Positions 45,481 through 55,415 of a DNA stretch of 61,731 nucleotides are shown in pieces. Numbering within the stretch: the stretch's first letter is position 1; the number at the start of each line of letters is the position of its first letter. Below the pieces are notes generated by a model. The model was not told the DNA's origin and ran no database searches. It was given only the letters and a program-made list of their open reading frames with translations. This DNA comes from Candidatus Micrarchaeota archaeon (GTDB lineage: Archaea > Micrarchaeota > Micrarchaeia > Anstonellales > Bilamarchaeaceae), in assembly GCA_043812915.1 (NCBI GenBank), contig JBDRLQ010000025.1, positions 1 through 61,731 of the forward strand, written 5' to 3'. A program made the translations under genes and the position numbers.

Positions 45481-46905
45481 TCATGGTTTGAAAGCATCCC
45501 TGATGAGCTGGTTTAGCATCACAGGCGGATCGGTTTTGACATTCTTGATAAAACCAAGGAAATTAAGCAGCGTGATATTGTCGGCGTTATTGAAGATGTT
45601 TAGAGCATCATCAAGCGGCATGATGAGCGTGAAATCCGCATCAGAATACTCACCGTCTTTCACATTCGTGATAAGTCCATCCGCTAATTTCGCCTTCAGG
45701 CGTATATCCACACCATCTTCTTCATCAATGATTCGCAGATTTACCTTATCATAGTTCTTCATGATTTTCAGGAAAATGGGATTAGTGTTGAAGAAAGCCA
45801 CTACTGCCTCAGCATTAATGCCGTATTCTGCTCCGGCATCTGTTTCAACAATGCGCTCTTCTTCGGGCGGAGGAGGGACCTCAAGATCGGCAATCTCGGG
45901 ATTGATCGCATATTCCCGCGCGCATTTGGCTGAATCGATAATAGATTCTAGCACATCGGAATTATCCAGGTAGTACTCCTTTTCGCACATTGTTAGGATG
46001 TAATAGGACTGATAATTGCAATAGATAATCCTGGAATTGGTTCGCATCGTCACATTTCCATTTGTAGAATCATAAATGACCTGCTTTGCCGGAACATCCT
46101 TGTGGATAAGATTAAGGCTGTCATTGCTTTCGATATAATCATCCATCCAGCCATAGAGGTTATCTGAAGGCGAATTGTACTTGTTCAGAAATGTAGCGCA
46201 AGGTCCATAAGCAAGGGCAACAATCGTCTCTTCTCCGCCAACATCGATTTCGTTCCACTCTGGCAATTGGACTGAGTAGTCTTCCTCAACGAATCTAGCA
46301 AGAACAGTGTCCTCAAGGCTCGGCGGGGAGTATTGTACGCCATAATCCGGCTCCTCATACACCTTTGCGCACTCTGCACTTGCCAGGTACTTATCCAGTT
46401 CCTCCTGCTCCGAATCCCAGAACCCTTCAGCACATGTGGCCCCTATTACGTAGGTCTCGTAATTGCAATACCTGAAGAGATACTTGGCTTTGTAAGAAAT
46501 GTTCTGGAAGGGAGCCTGGAAGGTGAGGGAATGGCCCTGGAGGTCAATATCATGAAGGGTGACATTTTCTTCTGAAGTTGTGTAATTCACAATCCAGTTG
46601 AAAAGCTGGTCGAGAGAAGTGTTATGCCGATCGACATTCAGGATGCATGGCCCCCTCTGCCTGACCAGGATGCTGTTATCCGAATAAGTGGATTCGACCC
46701 AATCGGGATATATGACCGAAAAGTCCCGGTCAGAAAACGTAGCATATACCGTCTCTTTAGGCAGCTCTGCAACTTCAGGCTCCGGAACTGTTTCGGAGGC
46801 GTTATCGCTCATAGGATTCTCTTCTGGCAGCTCCTGGGGCACCGTCTCCTGCACGCACCCGAATAGGAGGAGAAAGGCAAATAGAAAAATTGCAAGTGCT
46901 TTCAT
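45481..46905 (-). CDS. Lipoprotein with two PsbP-like repeats and an SCP2-like C-terminal domain
   Basis: Lipobox LLFGC; two repeats D(F/Y)SV..P.W...GPC...YCNY..Y....C...SA.CA; C-terminal ITNVKDGEYSDADFTL. Confidence 0.65.
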   Translation of the reverse strand: MKALAIFLFAFLLLFGCVQETVPQELPEENPMSDNASETVPEPEVAELPKETVYATFSDRDFSVIYPDWVESTYSDNSILVRQRGPCILNVDRHNTSLDQLFNWIVNYTTSEENVTLHDIDLQGHSLTFQAPFQNISYKAKYLFRYCNYETYVIGATCAEGFWDSEQEELDKYLASAECAKVYEEPDYGVQYSPPSLEDTVLARFVEEDYSVQLPEWNEIDVGGEETIVALAYGPCATFLNKYNSPSDNLYGWMDDYIESNDSLNLIHKDVPAKQVIYDSTNGNVTMRTNSRIIYCNYQSYYILTMCEKEYYLDNSDVLESIIDSAKCAREYAINPEIADLEVPPPPEEERIVETDAGAEYGINAEAVVAFFNTNPIFLKIMKNYDKVNLRIIDEEDGVDIRLKAKLADGLITNVKDGEYSDADFTLIMPLDDALNIFNNADNITLLNFLGFIKNVKTDPPVMLNQLIRDAFKP

Positions 46906-47012
46906 GGAGTTAGCTTTACCGCTCTTTGTTTATATTTGTGAGGGCAGTCCGAGCATATTCCTCTCAATAGGCCCATCAGCTTTTTATTCTGGATTATGCC
47001 AGATTAGCCCTG

Positions 47013-47540
47013 ATGGACAAGAAACTACGGGGCATTGCAGAGATTGTTATCGCAATTCTTATTGTGGCCGCATCTCTCTATTTCTCAACAGAGGTCGGGA
47101 TGCTCAGGGAGTTCGGCTATGCCGGGGTGTTCCTGATATCCATGGCGAGCGCGGCCACGCTGTTCTTCCCGGCTCCTGGCTGGGCGAGCGTTGTGGCCAT
47201 GAGCACCGTGCTGGACCCGTACCTGGTCGGGATTGCCGCAGGCGTCGGCGCCGCGATAGGGGAACTGACAGGCTATGTCGCAGGGGACGGGGCCAGGAAG
47301 ATGATTGAGAGCAGGGTGAAGGATTACAAAAAATACCGGGACATTATCGAGAAGTATGATTTTGCCGGGATTTTCGTGCTCGCATTCATACCTAACCCGC
47401 TGTTCGATATCGCCGGGATAATCGCAGGAAGCCTGAAGATGCACCCCGTGAAATACCTTGCCGCCTGCGCCCTGGGCAGGACACTCAGGTATATCCTGCT
47501 GGCATACGTTGGCGCGATAGCCCTTGATTTTATCGCATAA
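47013..47540 (+). CDS. DedA/VTT (SNARE-associated) membrane protein
   Basis: GAAIGELTGY.AG, AFIPNPLFDIAGIIAG. Confidence 0.9.
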   Translation: MDKKLRGIAEIVIAILIVAASLYFSTEVGMLREFGYAGVFLISMASAATLFFPAPGWASVVAMSTVLDPYLVGIAAGVGAAIGELTGYVAGDGARKMIESRVKDYKKYRDIIEKYDFAGIFVLAFIPNPLFDIAGIIAGSLKMHPVKYLAACALGRTLRYILLAYVGAIALDFIA

Positions 47541-47599
47541 GCCACCAAAGGGTTTCATGGGGTTTTAAAAAGACACATAGACAACAATAAGTTTCACAA

Positions 47600-47674
47600 A
47601 GCGGGGTGGGGGAGCTTGGAGTTCCCGCTGGGCTCATAACCCAGAGGTCGGTGGTTCAAATCCACCCCCCGCTA
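47600..47674 (+). tRNA. Initiator tRNA-Met(CAT)
   Basis: A1:U72; three G:C pairs in GGG-CTCATAA-CCC; TTTTAAAA promoter at 47563-47570. Confidence 0.95.
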
Positions 47675-47747
47675 TTTCTCCTGTTCCCGCTTTCCGAAGT
47701 ATTATAAATATTCCCCGATTTCAGACGTTGACAAGAGAGGTGTGATT

Positions 47748-48830
47748 ATGGAGCCCACTGAACCGCAAGAAGTAGTGCAGCCGCCGTCGCTGATTGCGTC
47801 CAAGGTTTTCTGCGCATCTCTCAAGGGGAAAAGAAGCACCGTCAAGCGGGGGGGCTCTTCAATAGAGGAGTTCCTTGAGCAGATTACCAAATATGACGTC
47901 TCCTGGGTTGATTTCGCGGCAACGGACACTGATGAGGCGGAGGCCGCTGCGGTGGCGCTCGGATTCTCGCGCTCGCTGGTGCCCAACCTGCTCAAAGAGC
48001 AGCCCTCGGCATACGAGGACTATGACACTGAGCTTGGGATACTCATTCCAGCCCTCTGGGTGCGCGGGCTCGAGGTTATCAAGTCACCGCTTCTGATACT
48101 CATCCGGAAGGGCCTTATCGCGACAGTGCACAGCGCGCAGGTCACAAGGTTCAGGCGCTCCAGGAGATATGCCGAGACGCTGCTGCGGTGGGCGGCAAAG
48201 GGGAGGCGGCTCAATGACAAGATGACGCTGGTCCTCTCCAGGCTTATTGACGAGAACAACGACAAGAACTTCGACCATCTGCGGGCAATCGAGAAGGAAG
48301 GGGACCGGATTAGTGAGACGCTTATCGACATGAAGGGCCCAAGAAAGGCAATCGCCCCTGAAATCTATGGGATGAAGAGCGCTCTGCTAGCGTACCTGGA
48401 CGCGCTCTGGTCCAGTGTCGATGTGCTAAACACGCTCCGCTTCGGGGACCCTGAACTGCTCTCGGACGATGACAGGATTCTTGAGAGCATGGGCGCGCTG
48501 GTGCAGTCGGTCAACTACCAGATTAACCTCGCCGAGCACCTGAGCGACGTGCTGGCAAGCGGCCTTGAAGTGCTTCAGAGCATCTACAACAACCAGCTCC
48601 AGCAGCTCAACAACAAGATGGCCATGGTCGTAGCATATCTTACGGTCCTTGGCACTGCGGTGCTGGTTCCGAACACCCTGGCGACGATAATGTCAAGCTC
48701 CGCCTATGCCCTGGGGCCAGAGGACATGGTATGGTACAGCCTGCTCATGCTGGCATCGACCGTTGTGGCTACCGCTGCTGCATACCTGTGGGTATTGAAA
48801 AGCGGCTGGCTAAAGACCGAGCCGGAATAG
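47748..48830 (+). CDS. corA: CorA-family divalent cation transporter lacking the GMN motif
   Basis: Funnel domain, NNQLQQLNNKMA.V..LT, two C-terminal TM helices, KSGW. Confidence 0.8.
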   Translation: MEPTEPQEVVQPPSLIASKVFCASLKGKRSTVKRGGSSIEEFLEQITKYDVSWVDFAATDTDEAEAAAVALGFSRSLVPNLLKEQPSAYEDYDTELGILIPALWVRGLEVIKSPLLILIRKGLIATVHSAQVTRFRRSRRYAETLLRWAAKGRRLNDKMTLVLSRLIDENNDKNFDHLRAIEKEGDRISETLIDMKGPRKAIAPEIYGMKSALLAYLDALWSSVDVLNTLRFGDPELLSDDDRILESMGALVQSVNYQINLAEHLSDVLASGLEVLQSIYNNQLQQLNNKMAMVVAYLTVLGTAVLVPNTLATIMSSSAYALGPEDMVWYSLLMLASTVVATAAAYLWVLKSGWLKTEPE

Positions 48831-48850
48831 AAAAATAAGAAAAAAGAGGA

Positions 48851-49222
48851 TTACTCGTATTTCTTCACTGCTTTCTTGACGTCGTTCTCCAGCCTTCTTT
48901 TCTCGATGAGCTCCATCTGCTTGCCCCTGTGGTAATAGTAGCCGGCAAAGAACATCATCAGGCAGAGCAGTATGAGCACGACCGGAAGCCCGAGATAAAG
49001 CGCGGGCAGCATGACAGTCGTCAGCTCTCCCTTGAGGTCAAGCATCTTCTCGGGGATGTTCACCCCGCAGGAAGCCAGCTTGGCGAAGTCGTTGGTAGTA
49101 ACGAAGTCCAGCAGCGAGTTCAAGACATCGCTGGTATATGTGATGACTCCGTAGGCCGAGCTTATGACCAGCACCAGGCTAAGCAGCACAAGAAGCATCG
49201 ATGTAAGCTTTTGTCTGTTCAT
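48851..49222 (-). CDS. Hypothetical membrane protein (2 TM)
   Basis: Two hydrophobic helices and a basic tail. Confidence 0.7.
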   Translation of the reverse strand: MNRQKLTSMLLVLLSLVLVISSAYGVITYTSDVLNSLLDFVTTNDFAKLASCGVNIPEKMLDLKGELTTVMLPALYLGLPVVLILLCLMMFFAGYYYHRGKQMELIEKRRLENDVKKAVKKYE

Positions 49223-49248
49223 ATGTAACACCTTGCAATTACTGATGA

Positions 49249-49962
49249 TTAGTTACTTGCGAGGGTAAAATAAACCCTACGGTTGTTCTTGCCCTTGTTT
49301 TCGAGCTTGAGGATCCCTATCTTCCCGACCTCTTTGAGGTTCCGCACGTGCGTCCCACCGTCCGCCTGCATGTCCAGGCCGGGGATTTCCACTATCCTCA
49401 GTTCTGGTATGTCCGGAGGGAGGGCGGATGCCAGCTTCACCACCCCCGGGATTTTCATCGCCTCTTCCCTCGGGAGCGTGTATGCCTTGGGCTCCAGGTC
49501 CTGCGCCAGGGCATCATTCGCCTTTTTCACGGCATCCTCGAATTTCTCCCGCTCGAAGTCCTCAAGGTTGAAATCGAACCTCGACTTTCCGGCCTCAAGC
49601 TGGTTGCCGGTAATAAGGGCGCCAAGCTCCCTGTGCATTATTGCCGCAAGGACATGGGCCGCGGTGTGCATCCTCATCAGCATATGCCTTCTTTCCCAGT
49701 CCAGGACGCATCTTACCCTGTCGCCTTCCCTCAGCCCTTCACGCTCGAGCTCATGGCTAACCTGGCCCTCGAAATTTCCGGTGAAAACAACATTGAATTC
49801 CTCATCTGCACGGAGGATTTTCCCGGTATCATGGGGCTGCCCGCCTCCCCTCGGGTAGAAGACGGTCTGGTCAAGCACCACGAACCTCCCGTCTTTAACC
49901 GACTGCACTTCAGCCTCGCATTCCCTCAAGTAGCCATCATCAAGAAAGAGCCGCTTCGTCAT
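49249..49962 (-). CDS. alaX: AlaX-M trans-editing protein
   Basis: TVFYPRGGGQPHDTG, MRMHTAAH, QADGGTHV, KGKNNRR. Confidence 0.93.
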   Translation of the reverse strand: MTKRLFLDDGYLRECEAEVQSVKDGRFVVLDQTVFYPRGGGQPHDTGKILRADEEFNVVFTGNFEGQVSHELEREGLREGDRVRCVLDWERRHMLMRMHTAAHVLAAIMHRELGALITGNQLEAGKSRFDFNLEDFEREKFEDAVKKANDALAQDLEPKAYTLPREEAMKIPGVVKLASALPPDIPELRIVEIPGLDMQADGGTHVRNLKEVGKIGILKLENKGKNNRRVYFTLASN

Positions 49963-50033
49963 AAGAACCACACAAATTTATAATCATCGGAATGATTATT
50001 AGGATATAGGAATTATTCCAAAGGGGAATGCTT

Positions 50034-50258
50034 ATGCCGCCTTTCAGAAGAGAACGGGAACCTGAGCCTACGGTGAGACCAGAGGAGACTCCCAGGCAAG
50101 TTGAAGAGGACAGAAGAGACATAATGAGCGCAAGAGTAGTGAAGGTAGTGAGCAACGAGCAGGAGATGGCAAGGGTCACCATGCTCGAGGCGGTCTCATA
50201 TTTCGAGGAGCTTGCGAGGAAGATGCCCGAGGGCGGAGCAAGGAGGGAGAGCGAATGA
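50034..50258 (+). CDS. Small hypothetical protein
   Basis: ATGA coupling to the next ORF. Confidence 0.5.
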   Translation: MPPFRREREPEPTVRPEETPRQVEEDRRDIMSARVVKVVSNEQEMARVTMLEAVSYFEELARKMPEGGARRESE

Positions 50259-50521
50259 ACAAAATGCTGATGGAGTTCATATCCAAATCCAGGCTCAAGA
50301 AGATTCTCGAGGACCGGAAGAATTTCATAGGCTCCAAGGTGGAATACGCCCATGACAAGAACCGGAACATCTACAGCATAAGCATCCAGATGAGGCGGGG
50401 CGAGAACTACCTGGTCACGCTGATAGTCGGGGACCATTCTGTCGAGATGGCGCTCACGGACAGGAACGGCGATGTGATTGAGCATATGCTCCATGACGGG
50501 GACAAAGTGGTGTACGGATAA
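50255..50521 (+). CDS. Small hypothetical protein
   Basis: Host codon usage; abuts rpiA. Confidence 0.65.
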   Translation: MNKMLMEFISKSRLKKILEDRKNFIGSKVEYAHDKNRNIYSISIQMRRGENYLVTLIVGDHSVEMALTDRNGDVIEHMLHDGDKVVYG

Positions 50522-51169
50522 ATGAGCGCTAAGATTAACGCGGCCAAAGGCGCGATGGAGTATGTCAAGGACGGGATGTGCATAGGGCTTGGAAGCGGCA
50601 GTACGGTCAGGGAATTCATTGCGCTTCTGGGGGCCAGGGTGAAGAAGGGGCTGAAGGTCTCCTGCGTCACAACCTCGTTCGACTCCAGGATGCTCGCGAT
50701 TGAGCACGGGATTTTCGTCACCGAGCCGGACGCCATCGACGAGATTGACCTGGCGGTCGACGGGGCGGACAAGGTGACCAGGACCGCTCTTCTAAAGGGC
50801 GGGGGAGGCGCGCTCACCCGCGAGAAAATCATCGATTACAACGCCAAGAAGTTCATAGTGATTATTGATGAGGGCAAGGTGCAGGATGTCCTGGATGGGC
50901 CGGTCAATCTTGAAGTGCTCCCGTTCGCGGCCCCGATTGTGATGAGGCACCTGAAGCAATACAATCCCAAAATACGGATGGCAACCGGCAAGCTAGGGCC
51001 CGTGATAAGCGACAACGGCAGCTTCATCATCGACTGCCGCATGAGGCTTGAGAATCCGGAGGAGATGGAAACAATGCTCAACACCATGCCGGGTGTCATC
51101 GAGAACGGCATCTTCACCAAGTTCGACCTGATAATAGTAGGGAACGAAAAGGGGCATCGGGTGCTCTGA
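50522..51169 (+). CDS. rpiA: Ribose-5-phosphate isomerase A
   Basis: GLGSGST, DGAD, KGGGGALTREK, SDNG, PGVIENGIF. Confidence 0.96.
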   Translation: MSAKINAAKGAMEYVKDGMCIGLGSGSTVREFIALLGARVKKGLKVSCVTTSFDSRMLAIEHGIFVTEPDAIDEIDLAVDGADKVTRTALLKGGGGALTREKIIDYNAKKFIVIIDEGKVQDVLDGPVNLEVLPFAAPIVMRHLKQYNPKIRMATGKLGPVISDNGSFIIDCRMRLENPEEMETMLNTMPGVIENGIFTKFDLIIVGNEKGHRVL

Positions 51170-52351
51170 CTATCTTTTTTTCTCCTTTACCAGAACCAAT
51201 AGCATCACTATTGCCAATGCGGTGGTGATTATGGACAGGATGAACGCCGATGGAATCCCGAAGAGCGGCATGGTCCAGAGCACGCCCGCAAGCAGGTTGG
51301 CCGGAAGCGCGGTCAGCCCGAGTATGCCCTTGTATGAGCCTATCGCGCTGGCGTAATGGGCGGCCGGAACTGTTTTTACGAGGAACACCTGCGGGGCCGT
51401 CTCGGCAATGGCCATGAAGAGCCCGAGGAGAGCGAATGCCACGAAAATCACCAGCATGGAAGGGAAGAACCCGATTCCGAATAAGGTCGCTAGGAAGCAG
51501 AGCATTGCAAGGACAAGGGCGTTCCTGGCCCCCAGCTTGTCGGAGAGCACTCCTGCAGGATAGGCGAATATCGTGTAGAAAACATTGAATGCCAGGTAGC
51601 TTAGCGGTATGAGGAAGAGGGGCAGGTACTCGTTTGCCCGGAGCAGGAAGAAGAGTATGCTGAACTGGCCGACCGAGAAGACGATGCCGGCGACCATGAA
51701 CTGCCGGAAGTTGGGGATATTGAAGACGCCGGTCAGTATCTTTATCGAAGGGGTCTTTTCCGTGTGCGGGTCGGTAAGGAAGAAGAGGGCGGCAATGGCC
51801 AAAACGGCCGGGATTACCGCTATCAGGAAAAGGGTGCGGTAGCTCTCCTCGGTATGCACGCTGTTGAAGAAGAGGATTACGAATGCTGTTGCCGCCAGCG
51901 GGCCGAGAATCGCGCCTATGTTGTCCATGAATTTCCTGAACCCGAATGCCTTGCCGAGGTTGTCCTTGGGCTCCGAGAGCCCGATTAGGGCGTCCCTGGG
52001 GACATCTCGGATGCCCTTGCCGGCGCGGTCAAGCACCCTTAGTAGTATCACCTGCGGCCATGCGGTAACCAGGGCAAGGAAGCCCTTGAACGCGGCGGAG
52101 GCGCCATAGCCGGTCAGTATCAGCCTCTTCCGCTTCCCGATCGAGTCCGAATAAACCCCGGAAAGAAATCCGAACGCGGCGGCGGTGAATTCCCCCAGGC
52201 TCTCCATAAGCCCGATGACGAATACAGGGGCCAGGAGGATATCGGTCAGGAAGAAGGGCAGGAGCGGATAAATCATCTCGGTGCTGATGTCTGTCAGCAT
52301 GCTGGCAATCCCCAGCAGCTTGCTGTTCCTGCTCACCGAGAAAATCTTCAT
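51170..52351 (-). CDS. MFS transporter
   Basis: DISTEMIYPLLP, SDSIGKRK, DRAGKGIRDVPRDA, AFGF; about 12 TM helices. Confidence 0.92.
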   Translation of the reverse strand: MKIFSVSRNSKLLGIASMLTDISTEMIYPLLPFFLTDILLAPVFVIGLMESLGEFTAAAFGFLSGVYSDSIGKRKRLILTGYGASAAFKGFLALVTAWPQVILLRVLDRAGKGIRDVPRDALIGLSEPKDNLGKAFGFRKFMDNIGAILGPLAATAFVILFFNSVHTEESYRTLFLIAVIPAVLAIAALFFLTDPHTEKTPSIKILTGVFNIPNFRQFMVAGIVFSVGQFSILFFLLRANEYLPLFLIPLSYLAFNVFYTIFAYPAGVLSDKLGARNALVLAMLCFLATLFGIGFFPSMLVIFVAFALLGLFMAIAETAPQVFLVKTVPAAHYASAIGSYKGILGLTALPANLLAGVLWTMPLFGIPSAFILSIITTALAIVMLLVLVKEKKR

Positions 52352-52429
52352 GGGATGGATTGCCCATGGAGGGTTTAAATCCGCTTCTGGTGGTCATGCT
52401 TTTAAAGATTCGAGGCGTGAGGACTGCTG

Positions 52430-52930
52430 ATGGACATCCCCGAGAAAGTTAGGGAGGAGCTGAAGAAGCCGCTTGGGAAGGTATACCGGGATTACTCAGA
52501 GGTTATGAAGCTGGCTGATGGCTTCAAGGTGATCTCGGTCGGGGACATATGCACCCTCGGGCTGCTGCAGATTGGCATCAGGCCCCACCTGGCGGTCTTT
52601 GACCATAGGTACATGCGCAAGAGGCTCCAGCCCGAATATGTCGCCATACTTGAAAGGGAGTTCCGGGCAAAGAGGGTAGAGAACAGGGCCGGCACGCTCT
52701 CGGACTCGATCCTGAAGAACGCCAAGAGGCTTGTCGAGGATGGGGGGGCGCTGCTGATTGATGGCGAGGAGGATTTGACCGCCCTGGCTTTCATTGACGG
52801 CGCGGGCCCGGACTGCATCCTGATTTACGGCCAGCCTGGTGAGGGGATTGTGCTGGTGCGGATGGATAAAAAGACGAAAGGCAAGGCAAAGGAGCTTCTA
52901 TCCATTGCCCTTGCTCATAAAGTAAAGTGA
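52430..52930 (+). CDS. DUF359 / GTP-dependent dephospho-CoA kinase
   Basis: LKKPLG, SVGD, DGEEDL, YGQPGEG. Confidence 0.9.
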   Translation: MDIPEKVREELKKPLGKVYRDYSEVMKLADGFKVISVGDICTLGLLQIGIRPHLAVFDHRYMRKRLQPEYVAILEREFRAKRVENRAGTLSDSILKNAKRLVEDGGALLIDGEEDLTALAFIDGAGPDCILIYGQPGEGIVLVRMDKKTKGKAKELLSIALAHKVK

Positions 52931-53077
52931 GACAAAAGAAGCCAGGGTCATCACGATTCCGACGATTATCTGGGTATTGAAGTCCAGTGTGAGGATGTCG
53001 CTGGAGATAAAGGTAATCCCTATTCCTATAGCTATGGAGACAATCGCAATAATTATCTTCAATAGCGTGCTTGCCAT
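52898..53077 (-). CDS. 59-aa two-TM membrane microprotein
   Basis: Not in the ORF track: MASTLLKIIIAIVSIAIGIGITFISSDILTLDFNTQIIVGIVMTLASFVSLYFMSKGNG, with AGGTGA upstream. Confidence 0.7.
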   Translation of the reverse strand: MASTLLKIIIAIVSIAIGIGITFISSDILTLDFNTQIIVGIVMTLASFVSLYFMSKGNG

Positions 53078-53100
53078 CGACAGTCACCTTGGAAAAAGAT

Positions 53101-53358
53101 CTAGAGGCTTGAAGAGCCGCCTGCAGGGCCCTTTGTCACGACGATGACATCTTCAACGGATTTCACGTTGTTGTACTGGACGCTCTTGTCACGCAGTGCC
53201 TTCTTGGCCTCTTCCTTGGTGCTCGGAAGCGGGTCCATAAGGATCCTTGACACTTCGCCGCTCTCGAAATCAACGATGAAGTCCTGTGCGCTGCCCAGGA
53301 ACTTCCCCGAGTCACTGAAAATATCCATCCCGTACATTCTTGATAGCTTTGTACTCAT
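53101..53358 (-). CDS. PRC-barrel domain protein
   Basis: LS.MYGMDIFSDSGKFLG...DFIVD...G...V.SVEDVIVV. Confidence 0.85.
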   Translation of the reverse strand: MSTKLSRMYGMDIFSDSGKFLGSAQDFIVDFESGEVSRILMDPLPSTKEEAKKALRDKSVQYNNVKSVEDVIVVTKGPAGGSSSL

Positions 53359-53437
53359 TCTGATCACCGTTTACATTGTATATTGGACTTCTAGTTAAAA
53401 AACCTTTCCCCGTTTTTCTTATATCAGAGGCATTTCG

Positions 53438-54049
53438 ATGGACCGCTCGCATGTGATATACGGATTGTACGTAGGTGTGATTGCCCTGTTGATGGCAGGG
53501 ATAGTGATAACTCCGCATATCGCCCATTCCTCGGAGGAGGATTCCCAATGGCTCTATGATGCTTTTTCAATGACCTGCCACCAGAAGCTCTCCCGCTCTC
53601 TGTGCCTGTTCAGCGGGGACGGATACTTCATAGCCGACTGCACCGAGCAGGCCGGAGAGAAGGTGGGCCAGGACAACGACATAATCAGGGCAGAGGTGAA
53701 CGGAAAGGTGGGATACAAGCTGGCAGTCTGCGCAAGGGATGTCGGGCTTTACCTGTTCCTTCTTATCGGGGCACTCGCCTATCCGTTTTTCAGGAAGCTC
53801 AATAGCGACGAAGTGCCTGCCCCAATCTGGCTTGTTCTTGCAATCGTCCCATTCGCACTGGATGGAACAATCCAGCTCTTCTCCAGTATAGCCCCTGGCC
53901 TGGTCGGGTTCTATGAGAGCAGCAACATGATCCGGCTCTCCACAGGGGCCCTTGCCGGCTTTGTCGCCTCGTTCTATGTCCTGCCGGTCCTCAACAGCAT
54001 GTTCTCCCAGATGAAAAAGCCGCAGAAAAAGGAAACCAAAAAGGGTTAG
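53438..54049 (+). CDS. DUF2085 membrane protein
   Basis: CHQ..SRS, VCARD.G.Y, P..LDG..Q, ESSN..R..TG. Confidence 0.88.
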   Translation: MDRSHVIYGLYVGVIALLMAGIVITPHIAHSSEEDSQWLYDAFSMTCHQKLSRSLCLFSGDGYFIADCTEQAGEKVGQDNDIIRAEVNGKVGYKLAVCARDVGLYLFLLIGALAYPFFRKLNSDEVPAPIWLVLAIVPFALDGTIQLFSSIAPGLVGFYESSNMIRLSTGALAGFVASFYVLPVLNSMFSQMKKPQKKETKKG

Positions 54050-55296
54050 AAATCGCCAAGGCTCTTCTGCTTGTTGTCCGAGAGGTTCTTCCCCCCTTTC
54101 TTCCCATCAAGGACAAGCTCCCCGAAAACGCCGTCATAGCCTGGCACCCAGCGCACATCCCCCTTCTGCACCTTCAGGATTGATGATGCGATTTCAGGAG
54201 AGGTTGCCAGACGAAGCCGGCCCTCATCCGCCTCGAAGACGGCGAACTCGTTCCCGAAGTAGCGGATGAGGCGGGAGTATTCCTCTTCGACCGCTTTTGT
54301 CATCTCTCCTTTTTTGATCGTCTTCGAGATTATCGTTATCAAAGGCACTATGTGCTGGAACGGGACTGCGTTCTCCGGCTTCTCTCCAGGCTTCCGGTCA
54401 GCCAGGTCAGCCACCCGGTGCAGCACGCCGACAGTCACCTTCTTCCGGCAGACCGGGCAGATGTTGTTGTGCGCTTTCGATTCCCATGGGGACCACAATA
54501 TCTTGCAGTTCCGATGCCCGTCATAATGGTACTTGCCCTCCTCCGGATAGAACTCATAGGTCTTGATGAACCCTTCCCTTGTCTTTATCGCATGGCGCAG
54601 CGCCTTGAATGACAATTCGGGCAAATCGAGGACATTGGCTTCCCTCCCGAGCTTTGCCAGGCTGTGCGCGTCGCTGTTCGATACCAGGCTGTACCTGTCC
54701 AGGCCGCTGACCATCCAGTTCATCCCAGGGTCGGATGAGAGCCCGGTCTCCAGGGCGAATATCTCCTTTGCCCGGTCCCCGAACGCCTCCTCAACGGTAT
54801 TCATTCCAGAGCGCGAGCCGAAAATCGAGAACCAGGGGGTCCAGGCATGCGCAGGGATGATTATCGTCTCCTTTGAGACGCCCATCAGCTCGTCCACAAG
54901 CTCTGCCGAGGAAATCCTGAGCATGGGCCTTCCGTCCTCTGCCAGGTTGCCGTATTTGGCCAACCGGTCATTCATCTGACCAGCTGCCTCGAGGGAAGGC
55001 GCGAGCAGCACATGATGCATCCTCCGGTTCTTTCCGTTGTAATCATAGGAGACGCACACTTCCGCCGAGAGGATGAAATGCACGCCCTCGTGCCCATACA
55101 GCCCCCCGTGGGGAGCCTCGCTCTTTGAAAGAAGCCCTTTTAACTCGTTGAAATATGTCGGATGGGTGAAATCGCCTGTGGCCATTATCCCTATCCCCTT
55201 GATTTTCGCCCCCTTGGCAAGGCCGGGAACGTCGCACTCGGGGCTGGTCGCCCGGGCGTATTTTGAATGGACGTGCAAATCAGCGATGATGCGCAT
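54046..55296 (-). CDS. Endonuclease Q family (PHP domain)
   Basis: DLHVHSKYA, GDFTHP, PAHAWTPW, ETGLSSD, SNSDAHS, GKYHYDGH..C, PGYDG.FG. Confidence 0.92.
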   Translation of the reverse strand: MRIIADLHVHSKYARATSPECDVPGLAKGAKIKGIGIMATGDFTHPTYFNELKGLLSKSEAPHGGLYGHEGVHFILSAEVCVSYDYNGKNRRMHHVLLAPSLEAAGQMNDRLAKYGNLAEDGRPMLRISSAELVDELMGVSKETIIIPAHAWTPWFSIFGSRSGMNTVEEAFGDRAKEIFALETGLSSDPGMNWMVSGLDRYSLVSNSDAHSLAKLGREANVLDLPELSFKALRHAIKTREGFIKTYEFYPEEGKYHYDGHRNCKILWSPWESKAHNNICPVCRKKVTVGVLHRVADLADRKPGEKPENAVPFQHIVPLITIISKTIKKGEMTKAVEEEYSRLIRYFGNEFAVFEADEGRLRLATSPEIASSILKVQKGDVRWVPGYDGVFGELVLDGKKGGKNLSDNKQKSLGDF

Positions 55297-55415
55297 GGGA
55301 AAGAGGTTATCCGAAAATCATTATATGCCCTTTGGAAGGGGACCTGCTTCCAGGCCGGAACCTGAGCTTTTAAAATTATTCCCAAACCAAGCAGTATCAT
55401 CTAATTGTGGTCTGC

